The notes under the pieces: model-generated
Database searches by the model: none
Told to the model about the DNA's origin: nothing
Seen by the model: the letters and a program-made list of their open reading frames with translations, nothing else
In this document: one piece after another, positions 9,033 to 17,733 of the stretch
Numbering within the stretch: the first letter of the stretch is position 1
Layout of the letters: every line of letters starts with the position of its first letter
Virus record (IMG/VR): IMGVR_UViG_3300033520_000026
Coordinates: 1 to 64,000 of that record
Source: an uncultured virus (IMG/VR IMGVR_UViG_3300033520_000026)
Lineage: Duplodnaviria > Heunggongvirae > Uroviricota > Caudoviricetes
Length of the DNA stretch: 64,000 bases
Reading direction: 5' to 3' (one strand)
Translations under genes and position numbers: made by a program

Positions 9033-9892
9033 AGAAGCTGCGCTTTAGCCGTCCGCCTTTATCGACGATGTCTCCGACCCCAACTTTTTACAACCTGTCT
9101 CAGACCGTCGAGACGTACAACAACGTCGTCGCCAAGCTTCCACAGCGTGTCGAGCGTGGGAGGTTTCTCTTTTTGGCGATGATGGCTGGATTCCTACGGG
9201 AACGCATTCGGAGGAGATCTCCGAAGGTGATGATAAACGGACAGGAACGCGAGTACGCTGAGGACTTGAGGCTGGCTGTGGTGTCTGGGGCTCCTGACGG
9301 CATGGACATCTTGGCGATCTATTTCGACAGCGAGACAGAGACGTTGACAGAGGAGACATCTGGGAAGACGGCGTTGTACATTCTTCCGCATCGCACGTCG
9401 CCCGAGTGGGTGAGCGTGCTCACGAGATGGGGGCCATGGCCAGCAGAGATCTTGCCTGTGGCGTTGGAATCCAGGCATGCGAAGGTGGTATCCAGGAAGG
9501 GGAGGCCGGACGAGATGCGCGCTTTGAAGGCGAGACTGGGTCGCCGGCGTGCTGAGATCTTGAGAGAGCTGGAAGAGGCGGGTGCGGAAAATCCTCGCAT
9601 GGAGAGCACTATGCACGGTGTTGGGATGGTAGTGCGACAGGACATTTCTCACGCGGTTTTGCGTCGTGAATTTGGGATGGATGGTGCGGAGCCAAGGGCG
9701 CATTGGCGTCCGGCTTTGCGCGAGGTTGTGGAGGCAGTGCCTGCGGCCATGGATAGATTCAATCGCTATATAATCTCGGGGAAGGAGAATGCGTTCTTGT
9801 TGCCAGACATAGGGGATCATATTACGATAAGTCAGTTGCAGGATGGCGTGTCGTTTATGGGAGAGATCGCGCCGTTCGTGCCAAAACGCTGA
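9029..9892 (+). CDS. Hypothetical protein (possible tail completion/neck protein)
   Basis: ATGA overlap; located between neck and terminator genes; C-terminal PRAHWRPAL motif. Confidence 0.6.
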   Translation: MKKLRFSRPPLSTMSPTPTFYNLSQTVETYNNVVAKLPQRVERGRFLFLAMMAGFLRERIRRRSPKVMINGQEREYAEDLRLAVVSGAPDGMDILAIYFDSETETLTEETSGKTALYILPHRTSPEWVSVLTRWGPWPAEILPVALESRHAKVVSRKGRPDEMRALKARLGRRRAEILRELEEAGAENPRMESTMHGVGMVVRQDISHAVLRREFGMDGAEPRAHWRPALREVVEAVPAAMDRFNRYIISGKENAFLLPDIGDHITISQLQDGVSFMGEIAPFVPKR

Positions 9893-9905
9893 AGGAGATG
9901 CACAG

Positions 9906-10094
9906 ATGACTCAGATGACTCATGGGATGGACAGGTTGACGGCATTGAATCACACACTGGGCGATGTGGAGAACGAATTGCTACGGCGTCGGGTAGACCA
10001 AATGGACGTATCCTTGGGCCATGCCGTGGACGTGATCGATCAACTCGCGGCGGATGGCCATGTGGAGATCTGTCCGTGTGACGAAGAGGACTAG
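9906..10094 (+). CDS. Small hypothetical protein (62 aa)
   Basis: AAGGAG upstream; fills the gap before the palindrome at 10104. Confidence 0.45.
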   Translation: MTQMTHGMDRLTALNHTLGDVENELLRRRVDQMDVSLGHAVDVIDQLAADGHVEICPCDEED

Positions 10095-10132
10095 GGATAG
10101 CAGGCGAACCCAGGTTCGCGTGAGGTGGCCGT

Positions 10133-10819
10133 GTGACGATTATTGGCACCGTTAGTTTGCGCGATTGGGATGCTGGAATCCCGTTGACGCTGGAAGCCGA
10201 GATCGCCACCTATCCTGTGGACGGGGAAGACAGACCAATTCATGTGATACGAATTCCTGGGGTGGATTCGGAGCTGGCCCACCTGGACGGGCGAGTGCCG
10301 GTTTTGTTTCACACGCCCGAGGACGCCTACCAGGACTTCTTGCTGCCCTGCATTACCGTCAAGCGCAACGATATGACCCCCGCGTTCGACCGGCACCCAT
10401 GGTACACCTGGGTGGCGCGTGGTCCGGCCAAAGGGGCGAAGGTGGTCGTGTTGCCGGACGGTAGGCGTGGATACGACCGCTATGAGAACCAATGGAGGGC
10501 CACCCAATTCGATATCACCTATGACGTGCAGGTGATGGCGCGGCGGCAGGCGGAGTCGAACCCCATGCTGCAATATGTGTTGCGCCATTTTTTGCCGCCG
10601 TCGTTCATTTTCAAGGTTGTTGACAGTATAGGGGATGTGCGGGAATATGACGCTGTAGATGTTAGTGTTTCGGAAACGTCGGAGCTGGCCGACATTGCTG
10701 ACAGGACGGTGGGATGGACCATCTCTTTCACAGTGCGCGCGGAAATCGACCTCCACGACCCTGTGGAGGCACCTGCCGTTCAATCTGTGGATGTGACTTA
10801 CGCGAGATACCGTCCGTGA
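10133..10819 (+). CDS. Tail terminator / sheath stabiliser, T4 gp15-like
   Basis: LPCITVKRND..FDITYDVQVMARRQAESNPMLQYVLRHFLP resembles the gp15 core; upstream of the sheath gene. Confidence 0.6.
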   Translation: MTIIGTVSLRDWDAGIPLTLEAEIATYPVDGEDRPIHVIRIPGVDSELAHLDGRVPVLFHTPEDAYQDFLLPCITVKRNDMTPAFDRHPWYTWVARGPAKGAKVVVLPDGRRGYDRYENQWRATQFDITYDVQVMARRQAESNPMLQYVLRHFLPPSFIFKVVDSIGDVREYDAVDVSVSETSELADIADRTVGWTISFTVRAEIDLHDPVEAPAVQSVDVTYARYRP

Positions 10820-10829
10820 GGAGGCGCTA

Positions 10830-11282
10830 GTGGCGTGGTATTATTTTTCTGGTAACGTCGTGAAGTCGATTCCGGTATCGCGCACCAAATCCGTAGCTGT
10901 GCGGCCACATTCCAAGGTCGAGATTTTAGAGGTTACGCAGGAAGTGCAAGCGATGCTCAGTGCTGGCATCCTGAAGCGCACGGGCAAGCCGCTTGGTTCC
11001 GTGTCGATGGAGGATGCTCCCCCTGTGCCGCGAGTGCATTTGCGAGATGTGCTTCCCCCGTCTTCTTTGGCCCAGAACTTTGCTGAGAAAGGCGTGACAT
11101 CGTCCGCGACGATGCCGCCTCGCAAGCCGTTGGGGTCTCCTGAATTCACCGTGCATGAGTTGGCGGTGGAGGGGGTTATTGTTGCGCCCGAGAGCAGGGG
11201 CGAAGATGCTGCCGTGTTGCCGGTTGAAGAAGTTGTCGAGGACAATGAGCGCGCGAAGTCGAAACGGCGGCGCGGCCAGTAG
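10830..11282 (+). CDS. Hypothetical protein
   Basis: RBS GAGGAGG, GTG start; located between terminator and sheath genes. Confidence 0.6.
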   Translation: MAWYYFSGNVVKSIPVSRTKSVAVRPHSKVEILEVTQEVQAMLSAGILKRTGKPLGSVSMEDAPPVPRVHLRDVLPPSSLAQNFAEKGVTSSATMPPRKPLGSPEFTVHELAVEGVIVAPESRGEDAAVLPVEEVVEDNERAKSKRRRGQ

Positions 11283-11312
11283 GCCGGGCTTGCGGACAAC
11301 ACGGAGCAGATC

Positions 11313-14300
11313 ATGGAATTCACCTATCCGGGCGTCTATATCAAAGAGATTCCGAGCGGTCCGGGGCCGATCACCGGCGTTACGACGTCCAACATGGGGC
11401 TCATTGGGTTTACCACCCGAGGGCCTGTCGATCAGCCTGTCCTGGTAACAAGCTTCCAGGAGTTCACAACGAAGTTTGGCACTTTCACGGAGAAGGGTCT
11501 TGCGCCGACCATGGCGTATGCCTTCTTCCAGAACAGTGGCCAGCGCATGTACATGGTGCGCGTATGCCATGACGACGCTGCGAAGTCCCTGTGGGATTAC
11601 GAGATCGATCAGACCGGCGAGATTCTGGGAATCACGGCGGTCCCGAGCGGACTGTACGATCTCCAACTCGACCACATGCCTGTCAAGGAGACCGTCCCTG
11701 GCAGCGTGACGATCACCTTCCCGAACGCGGCGATCCCTGGAAACACCAACGTGTTTCGGGATGACGGAGCCGGATCTTTCGTTTCGGTTGGCGCGGGATC
11801 TGGTGGCTCTGGGTCCATCGACTACGTGACCGGCGAGGTGTCGATCCAGTTGGCGGTTCCCGGTGAGTTCACCGGAGCGCCGAACTCGATCACGGCGGCT
11901 TACACGTATCGCGTCTTGCGCTTCGAGATGAAGTGGCCGGGCGTGGTCGGCGACAACTTCCGCGTGCAGCTCCAGAACGGCAGCGACGACTACATGGTCT
12001 CCGCACAGGCCAGGTGGACGCGGCATACCGCAGTTGTGCAGGAAGACCTAAACGGAGATCCGCTGAATCGATCTTGGTCCACGTTGGAGACATTCGCGGA
12101 CGTGGTGCTCGACGATCCGACCAGCAAGAACTACATCGTGCTCGTCATGAACGATGCGATCAACGGGTCGCAGTACGTTCGCGTCACGGACTACGGCAAT
12201 CAGATCAATCCGCCGGAGCTGGCAGGCGATGCCATCACGGGCGAGGATCTCTCGTCGATGCAGCAGCACAGCGATGGGTCTGGCACCGTGCCGGCCGCTT
12301 ACGACGGTGTTTGGAAGGGCTGGAAGTACATCCTCGCCAACGAGGTATCTCCGACCACGTTGAAGGCGGAGTTCCAATTCGTCGAGGGCAATCCTTCGAG
12401 CCCTGGAGGCCCGCTGGCGCTGTCCATCGGAATTGGCGCGAGCCCGGCTTCGGCGGTTCCGATCCTCACCTGGCAGCAGGCGGCGGTGGATGCGAACAGC
12501 GTCCAAATCACCTGCACGCTGACGGGAGCGGGAGCCACCACGTTGACCGACGACGGTGCTTCGCACATCATGTCCGGCGCGACCCAGGTCGGAACGGTGA
12601 ACTACACGACCGGAGCCATCGTTCTCGACATCACGCCCATGGCGGACACCTTCGTGGCGAACAGCCCGCTGCTTCTGGATTGCGTCTATGCGCAGCCTGT
12701 GACGGTGGGAGACGACGGACAGGGCAATGCGTACATCGTCGATCCGGCCTCGTTGACCCCGCCGCTCGTAGGCGTCCCCGGGAAGTTCCAACTCAACGCC
12801 TCTGGCACGAACACCATCGACTATGCTTCTGGAGAGCTGACTCTCACCTGGAAGATTTCCGGGAATCCCGGCGCTGGTCCTTGCGGCGTGGCGACCTCGC
12901 CCACGGCAGCGGCCAAGGTCGGCGCAGTTGGCCCATACAATCTGAACACGGGTGACTCTTTCTCGGTCAAGGTGAACGGGGCGGGCGCGGTGGCGGTGGC
13001 CTTCACGGGCACGAAGGCGACTCGGGTTGGCGGTGCGGTGTTCCCGATTGTCGCCACGACGGGCGGCGAGAACTGCACCATCGTGATCGACGGCAACTCC
13101 TACGTAGTCACGGCGGGCGCGGGCCTCACGCTTGCCCTGGAGATCGCCAACCTCATCAACGGCGTGATCTCCGGCGGTAGCGCGGTGGAGACCGGCGGCG
13201 GCACGGGCGTGGACATCAAGTCCGACAGCGCGGGCACGGGATCGTCGGTGCAGATCATCGCGGGGTCTCCGAACCTGGCGACGCTCATCGGGCATACGGC
13301 TGGCACCACGGCGGGCACGGGCAACGTGGCCAACATCGACGCGGTGTTGAACACAGAGGTGAAGGCGGCGGTGGAGCTGGCGACCACGGCGGACGTGACG
13401 GCCAACATCGACGGGTCGTTCACGATCACGTCTCCGACCACAGGTGTTCTTTCCGAGCTGGACTTCACGGTGGGCCTGACGGCGTTGGGCATCACTGTAG
13501 AGACCATCAACGGCACGGACGGCTTCGGTGGCGGACAGACGGCGGACTACTACACCGTTCCACAGAGCAGCATCTTGGGCCTGTTTGATGGCGGCTCGGA
13601 CGGAAGCGCCACGGATTCGGACGACATCGTGAGCCCGCTACTCGCGGCGGACATGCGAGCCCTGTACAGCTTTGGCCAGGTGGACGAGTTGATGCAGCTT
13701 GTGGCTGCGGATTTCCAGACGGACACCTACGTCATCGACACCTTGCTCACCTACGCAGAGCTGATGAAGGACAAGTTCGTCATTGCGACGGTGCCATTTG
13801 GCATGGAGTACCAGACGGCGGTGACATGGAAGCGCTTCACGCTGAATCGCTATTCCAGCTTCGGCGCGATGTACTACCCCCACATCAAGATCCGCGACCC
13901 GCTCACGGGCACCAATGTGGACGTGCCTCCGGGCGGTCACGTTGCTGGCGTCTATGCGCGTACCGATGCGGCGAAGAACGTGGGCAAGGCTCCGGCGGGC
14001 ATGGAAGACGGCGTTCTGGCGTGGGCCACTGGTCTTGAGTACACGTTGACTCCTGCACAGGTGGGCGTGTTGACAGAGAACAAGATCAATTGCCTTGTGC
14101 AGTGGCCGCAGACGGGACGTGTGGTTTGGGGCGCGAGGTCGCTGGACGCTTCCGGCGGCGAGTGGCCGTACCTCCAGATGCGGAGACTGTTCATGTTCGT
14201 GGAGAAGTCGGTCTTCAAATCGACACACATCCACGTCTTCAAGAACAACGGTCCGCAGCTTTGGAACGACATCAGCACGCAGTTGGTGACGTTCCTGGCT

Positions 14301-14486
14301 GGCCTCCAGCAGGGCGGATATTTCGCGGGGAACACACCGGAGGAGTCGTTCTTCGTGGTGTGCAATCGCACCAACAACCCGCAGAACACGGTCGATCAGG
14401 GCATCGTGTACTGCGACGTTGGCATCGCAGCGAACAAGCCCGCCGAGTTCATCGTGTTCAGATTCTCACAAAAAAGCTTGAAGTAA
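11313..14486 (+). CDS. Contractile tail sheath protein with large internal insertions (1057 aa)
   Basis: N-terminal YPGVYIKE..GPVDQPVLVTSFQEF..FG; C-terminal VPPGGHVAGVYARTD..KAPAG, VWGARSL, RRLFMFVEKS and KPAEFIVFRF. Confidence 0.95.
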   Translation: MEFTYPGVYIKEIPSGPGPITGVTTSNMGLIGFTTRGPVDQPVLVTSFQEFTTKFGTFTEKGLAPTMAYAFFQNSGQRMYMVRVCHDDAAKSLWDYEIDQTGEILGITAVPSGLYDLQLDHMPVKETVPGSVTITFPNAAIPGNTNVFRDDGAGSFVSVGAGSGGSGSIDYVTGEVSIQLAVPGEFTGAPNSITAAYTYRVLRFEMKWPGVVGDNFRVQLQNGSDDYMVSAQARWTRHTAVVQEDLNGDPLNRSWSTLETFADVVLDDPTSKNYIVLVMNDAINGSQYVRVTDYGNQINPPELAGDAITGEDLSSMQQHSDGSGTVPAAYDGVWKGWKYILANEVSPTTLKAEFQFVEGNPSSPGGPLALSIGIGASPASAVPILTWQQAAVDANSVQITCTLTGAGATTLTDDGASHIMSGATQVGTVNYTTGAIVLDITPMADTFVANSPLLLDCVYAQPVTVGDDGQGNAYIVDPASLTPPLVGVPGKFQLNASGTNTIDYASGELTLTWKISGNPGAGPCGVATSPTAAAKVGAVGPYNLNTGDSFSVKVNGAGAVAVAFTGTKATRVGGAVFPIVATTGGENCTIVIDGNSYVVTAGAGLTLALEIANLINGVISGGSAVETGGGTGVDIKSDSAGTGSSVQIIAGSPNLATLIGHTAGTTAGTGNVANIDAVLNTEVKAAVELATTADVTANIDGSFTITSPTTGVLSELDFTVGLTALGITVETINGTDGFGGGQTADYYTVPQSSILGLFDGGSDGSATDSDDIVSPLLAADMRALYSFGQVDELMQLVAADFQTDTYVIDTLLTYAELMKDKFVIATVPFGMEYQTAVTWKRFTLNRYSSFGAMYYPHIKIRDPLTGTNVDVPPGGHVAGVYARTDAAKNVGKAPAGMEDGVLAWATGLEYTLTPAQVGVLTENKINCLVQWPQTGRVVWGARSLDASGGEWPYLQMRRLFMFVEKSVFKSTHIHVFKNNGPQLWNDISTQLVTFLAGLQQGGYFAGNTPEESFFVVCNRTNNPQNTVDQGIVYCDVGIAANKPAEFIVFRFSQKSLK

Positions 14487-14509
14487 ATCAATAGGTTAGG
14501 AGCGAAAAC

Positions 14510-15001
14510 ATGAGCGAGATTCGTCGAATCCCCCAAGTCCTGTTGCAGGCTGTGAACAATGGCGGCAGCGTCAGTGGAGTTGAGCCTTCTGGCGTGGCAA
14601 TGGTGGACAGCGGCGAGACTCTGTTCAGTGGGCAGTATCGTAAGTGGACTGTCTGTACGGCGGCTGGGTTGTTTCGACTGCCTGCCGTATTGCGGTACGG
14701 CTGGAGGCTGGAGCGATTGGTGTGGAACCTGCCGGGCGTAGGCGGGATCAAGGTCAACCTGATCGATGATGATGCCGTGTCCTACGAGCTGGCCGCGATC
14801 ACGGCGGTGGCGGGCCAGTACACCCCGGAGGAGAACGGCGGGTTGCTCGTGCTTCCGGGGTGGGCGATTCAGGTGGTCGGCACGAACGCGCTGTCGAGCG
14901 CGGGCCGGCTTGTCGCGTTCGCGTCGTCGGGTTGGCGAACGGACGCATTTGAAGTCAAAGTGTTGGGCGAGGGCTTGCTCCCTCCGCCTAAGCAGCCGTA
15001 G
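14510..15001 (+). CDS. Hypothetical protein between sheath and tube
   Basis: RBS AGGAG; beta-strand-like composition. Confidence 0.65.
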   Translation: MSEIRRIPQVLLQAVNNGGSVSGVEPSGVAMVDSGETLFSGQYRKWTVCTAAGLFRLPAVLRYGWRLERLVWNLPGVGGIKVNLIDDDAVSYELAAITAVAGQYTPEENGGLLVLPGWAIQVVGTNALSSAGRLVAFASSGWRTDAFEVKVLGEGLLPPPKQP

Positions 15002-15019
15002 GGCGGCGAGGAGAATACG

Positions 15020-15559
15020 ATGCGCGCAGCAGTAGACGATCTGATGCAGGGATTCCGATTCCACGTCCGTGGCAAGAACCGCGATGGCAAGGATCTTCTC
15101 CAGCCTGGGTTCATCCGTGGCGCGGAAGGCGGCGAGCCGTTCGAGGGCGGGGCAGAGGCAGGGTTCCAGAGCGTGACCTTGCCCGAGCTGTCGTTGGAGC
15201 CGGTGGAGTACCGCGAGGGCACCTTCACCTGGACGCAGAAGTACCCTGGCCCCCCGACCGTGAGCGACTGCACGCTGATGCGCGGCATCGCCAAGAAGGA
15301 CACCGCGTTCTTCGACTGGGTTTACGGGGCAGTGACGGGCGTCGAGTACCGCATGGACGTCACGATCTGGCATTACCAGAGGGCGGAGATGGGCAGCGCA
15401 TCGAAGTCGGCGACCAGTACCGACATGCGGCGGGTGCTTTGCCACAACTGCGCTCCGACCAGAGCCAAGCCGGCGGCGGATTTCGATTCGATGTCCGGCG
15501 AGGTATCGCTGGCCGAGGTGGACTTCGCGTTGGAGAGCTTCGAACTGCTGACCAAATAG
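15020..15559 (+). CDS. Tail tube protein 1 (gp19/Afp1-type)
   Basis: AGFQSVTLPELSLEPVEYREG..KYPG..TLMRG..FFDW..VSLAEVDFALE. Confidence 0.9.
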   Translation: MRAAVDDLMQGFRFHVRGKNRDGKDLLQPGFIRGAEGGEPFEGGAEAGFQSVTLPELSLEPVEYREGTFTWTQKYPGPPTVSDCTLMRGIAKKDTAFFDWVYGAVTGVEYRMDVTIWHYQRAEMGSASKSATSTDMRRVLCHNCAPTRAKPAADFDSMSGEVSLAEVDFALESFELLTK

Positions 15560-15598
15560 TACACGAGGCGGCGGGCGAGGAGGCCGCGTGATACCCAC

Positions 15599-16162
15599 AT
15601 GCCGAGTCGCCATCCATTGGAAGATCTGCTTCAGTCCTACCGCTTTTGGCTGGTAGACATGATCCCTTCCTCGACGTTTCCGTTCTACGTGATGGGAGCC
15701 CCTATCATGGGATTCCAGTCGATCACGATGCCGGAGGTGACGCTTGAGGTGGACGAGATCAAGCAGGTCAACTCAATGTACAAGCGGTACGCCTACAGCG
15801 GCGGGAGTGTTGGGCAGATCACGCTGACGCGCGGTGCGAGGGCGTATGACGACACGTTCATGATGTGGGTAGAGCGGGCGATTCGTGGGTACGACATGGT
15901 GCCGCGCAACCTGCTGCTGTTGCAGTACACGAACATCAACGTGGCGAACGCCCTGGGGGTGAGCGTGGACCTGCCCGTGGCCATCGAGGCGTGGGAGGTC
16001 GCGCAGTTCCTGCCGGGCCGAGCTTGGTTGTTGTGGGACGCAATACCGATCCGCTACAAGGCGGGCACGGACCTGGACGCGATGACGGGGGATGTGAGCA
16101 TCATGGAACTCGATGTGCAAGCTCACGCGATGACCGAGTTTTGTCTCTTGTCTGTTACGTAA
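15599..16162 (+). CDS. Tail tube protein 2 (gp19/Afp5-type paralogue)
   Basis: GFQSITMPEVTLE..ITLTRG..W..AWLLWDAIPIRYKAGTDLDAMTGDVSIMELDV. Confidence 0.85.
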   Translation: MPSRHPLEDLLQSYRFWLVDMIPSSTFPFYVMGAPIMGFQSITMPEVTLEVDEIKQVNSMYKRYAYSGGSVGQITLTRGARAYDDTFMMWVERAIRGYDMVPRNLLLLQYTNINVANALGVSVDLPVAIEAWEVAQFLPGRAWLLWDAIPIRYKAGTDLDAMTGDVSIMELDVQAHAMTEFCLLSVT

Positions 16163-16177
16163 AGAAAACGGTACAAT
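16148..16177 (+). promoter_or_regulatory. Putative promoter of the LAGLIDADG gene; its -35 box lies in the last codons of tube gene 2
   Basis: TTGTCT-18 bp-TACAAT, then GGAGGT RBS and ATG 16198. Confidence 0.45.
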
Positions 16178-16197
16178 CTCCAAATCGGAGGTGTGCC

Positions 16198-17211
16198 ATG
16201 GGAAAGAGATTTAGTGAGCAGGAACGGATGGAAGCGGTAGCCGCATACGTTGGCGGGGAATCCTTGGGAGCGGTGGCAACTCGTATGAGTGCCTCGGTGC
16301 AGTCCGTTAGCAACTGGGTAACTGCTTCTGGGATGCGCATGAGGAGTCATGCGGCATCGCATGCGTTGGCGGTGGAGCGAGGGCTTGGACGATTCCGTGG
16401 GAGAGCGGTATGTGAGCAGGCCGAGGCGCTGTATTGCGACGGGATGGGGACGACGGCTATTGCCAAAGAAATGGGTGTTCCGGTTGGCTTTGTGATGGGC
16501 GTCATAGAGCGTGCGGGCATCCTACGTACTCGGAAAGAGGCGGCGATATTGGCAGCGGATGCGACTTCGCAGCGTATGCGCCAGTACGCGGTCAACGAGG
16601 CGGCCTTCGATGGGGAGCTAGACGTTCCACGGGCATGGGCGCTGGGGGTCATTTACGGAAACGGGTGGATTGCTCGGGCCAATGGTGTGGAGCATGGCGT
16701 AGGTGTGTGTGGGGATGAGGATGTCGTGTGCAAGGTGTTGGCGATTCTTGGCAGTGAGCATCCGGTCAATAAAAAAGGCGGATGTTTCATTGCAGAGATC
16801 GGAAGCATGCGGTTGGCACGGAACATCGCACGGTGGGGGGTGACGCCTGCTAAGGCGCGCACGCTGGTGTGGCCGAGGTCTCTGCCAGTCGAATTGGAGA
16901 CACATTTTTTGCGCGGTCTGTTCGATGCGGATGGATGGGTGGGGCGTGATCCGATGAAGCCTGTCATCGGGATTGGGCTTGCAGCGAAATCGATCATTGA
17001 GTCCATTGCAGATCGGATGGCGCAGATCGCTGGTCGGCGGCCGAAGGTTCAGCATGGCAAGGCACGTAAGAAAACGCATGCGGATAGACACACCGTTGTT
17101 CTGTATGGAGATCGTGCTCGCTTGTGGGGCCAGTGGTTGTGGGGTGATAGTATCGAGACAATGCGCAGTGAGCGTAAGCATGGGCTATTCGCGCTCCTGA
17201 GCGTGACGTGA
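16198..17211 (+). mobile_element. Free-standing LAGLIDADG homing endonuclease gene with N-terminal HTH-like repeats
   Basis: Two LAGLIDADG-type helices (AWALGVIYGNGWI and HFLRGLFDADGWV); RBS GGAGGT; ends in a copy of the tube-2 C-terminus (FALLSVT). Confidence 0.85.
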
Positions 17212-17221
17212 GGAGGACGCG

Positions 17222-17650
17222 ATGAGGAAGTTGATCGAACAGATTCAGGACGTTATTGGGTCGATAGAGATGGATGAGGCCAGTGGTGCCATGGGTAAGT
17301 CCAAGGTTCCTGACATGTTCAAGCAGATTGAGAAGAATCATTCAGAACTGAATGGTCTCATACGCAAAGTAGAGCACGAGATCTTGCTGGAGTTGGATGC
17401 CATCATGGGACTACGGGGGTTGGATGTGAATGTCGATATTTCTCCGAATGGGAATATGCTTAGTATGGAAATCGAGGTGGTCGCGCCACCCGAGGCACTG
17501 AAACCTAATACTGGCGCATATGACGAGTATTTTGAGAAATTAAGTAATTGGACAAAACGGGCGTTCCCTTGGAACGCAGCGATAGACATAAAAGGAAGTG
17601 GTAATCTCTTGATTCATGGCGTTCGGATTGTCTCAACTCAGAGGAAGTAA
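17222..17650 (+). CDS. Leader-bearing putative internal (capsid-packaged) protein; A/T-richer cassette
   Basis: N-terminus MRKLIEQIQD..MDEA; flanked by 39-bp direct repeats. Confidence 0.7.
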   Translation: MRKLIEQIQDVIGSIEMDEASGAMGKSKVPDMFKQIEKNHSELNGLIRKVEHEILLELDAIMGLRGLDVNVDISPNGNMLSMEIEVVAPPEALKPNTGAYDEYFEKLSNWTKRAFPWNAAIDIKGSGNLLIHGVRIVSTQRK

Positions 17651-17733
17651 AGCAAGGACGCTGATTATCCGCAGGACTGAGTGTTCGTCCGTGACGGAAT
17701 TCGCCCTGCTGAGCGTGACATGAGGAGGACGTG

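Noticed and set aside
15865..16197. Upstream extension of the LAGLIDADG ORF, or an intron/intein
   Set aside because: The extension overlaps tube gene 2 out of frame, a good RBS precedes ATG 16198, the tube gene is intact, and no intein termini are visible.
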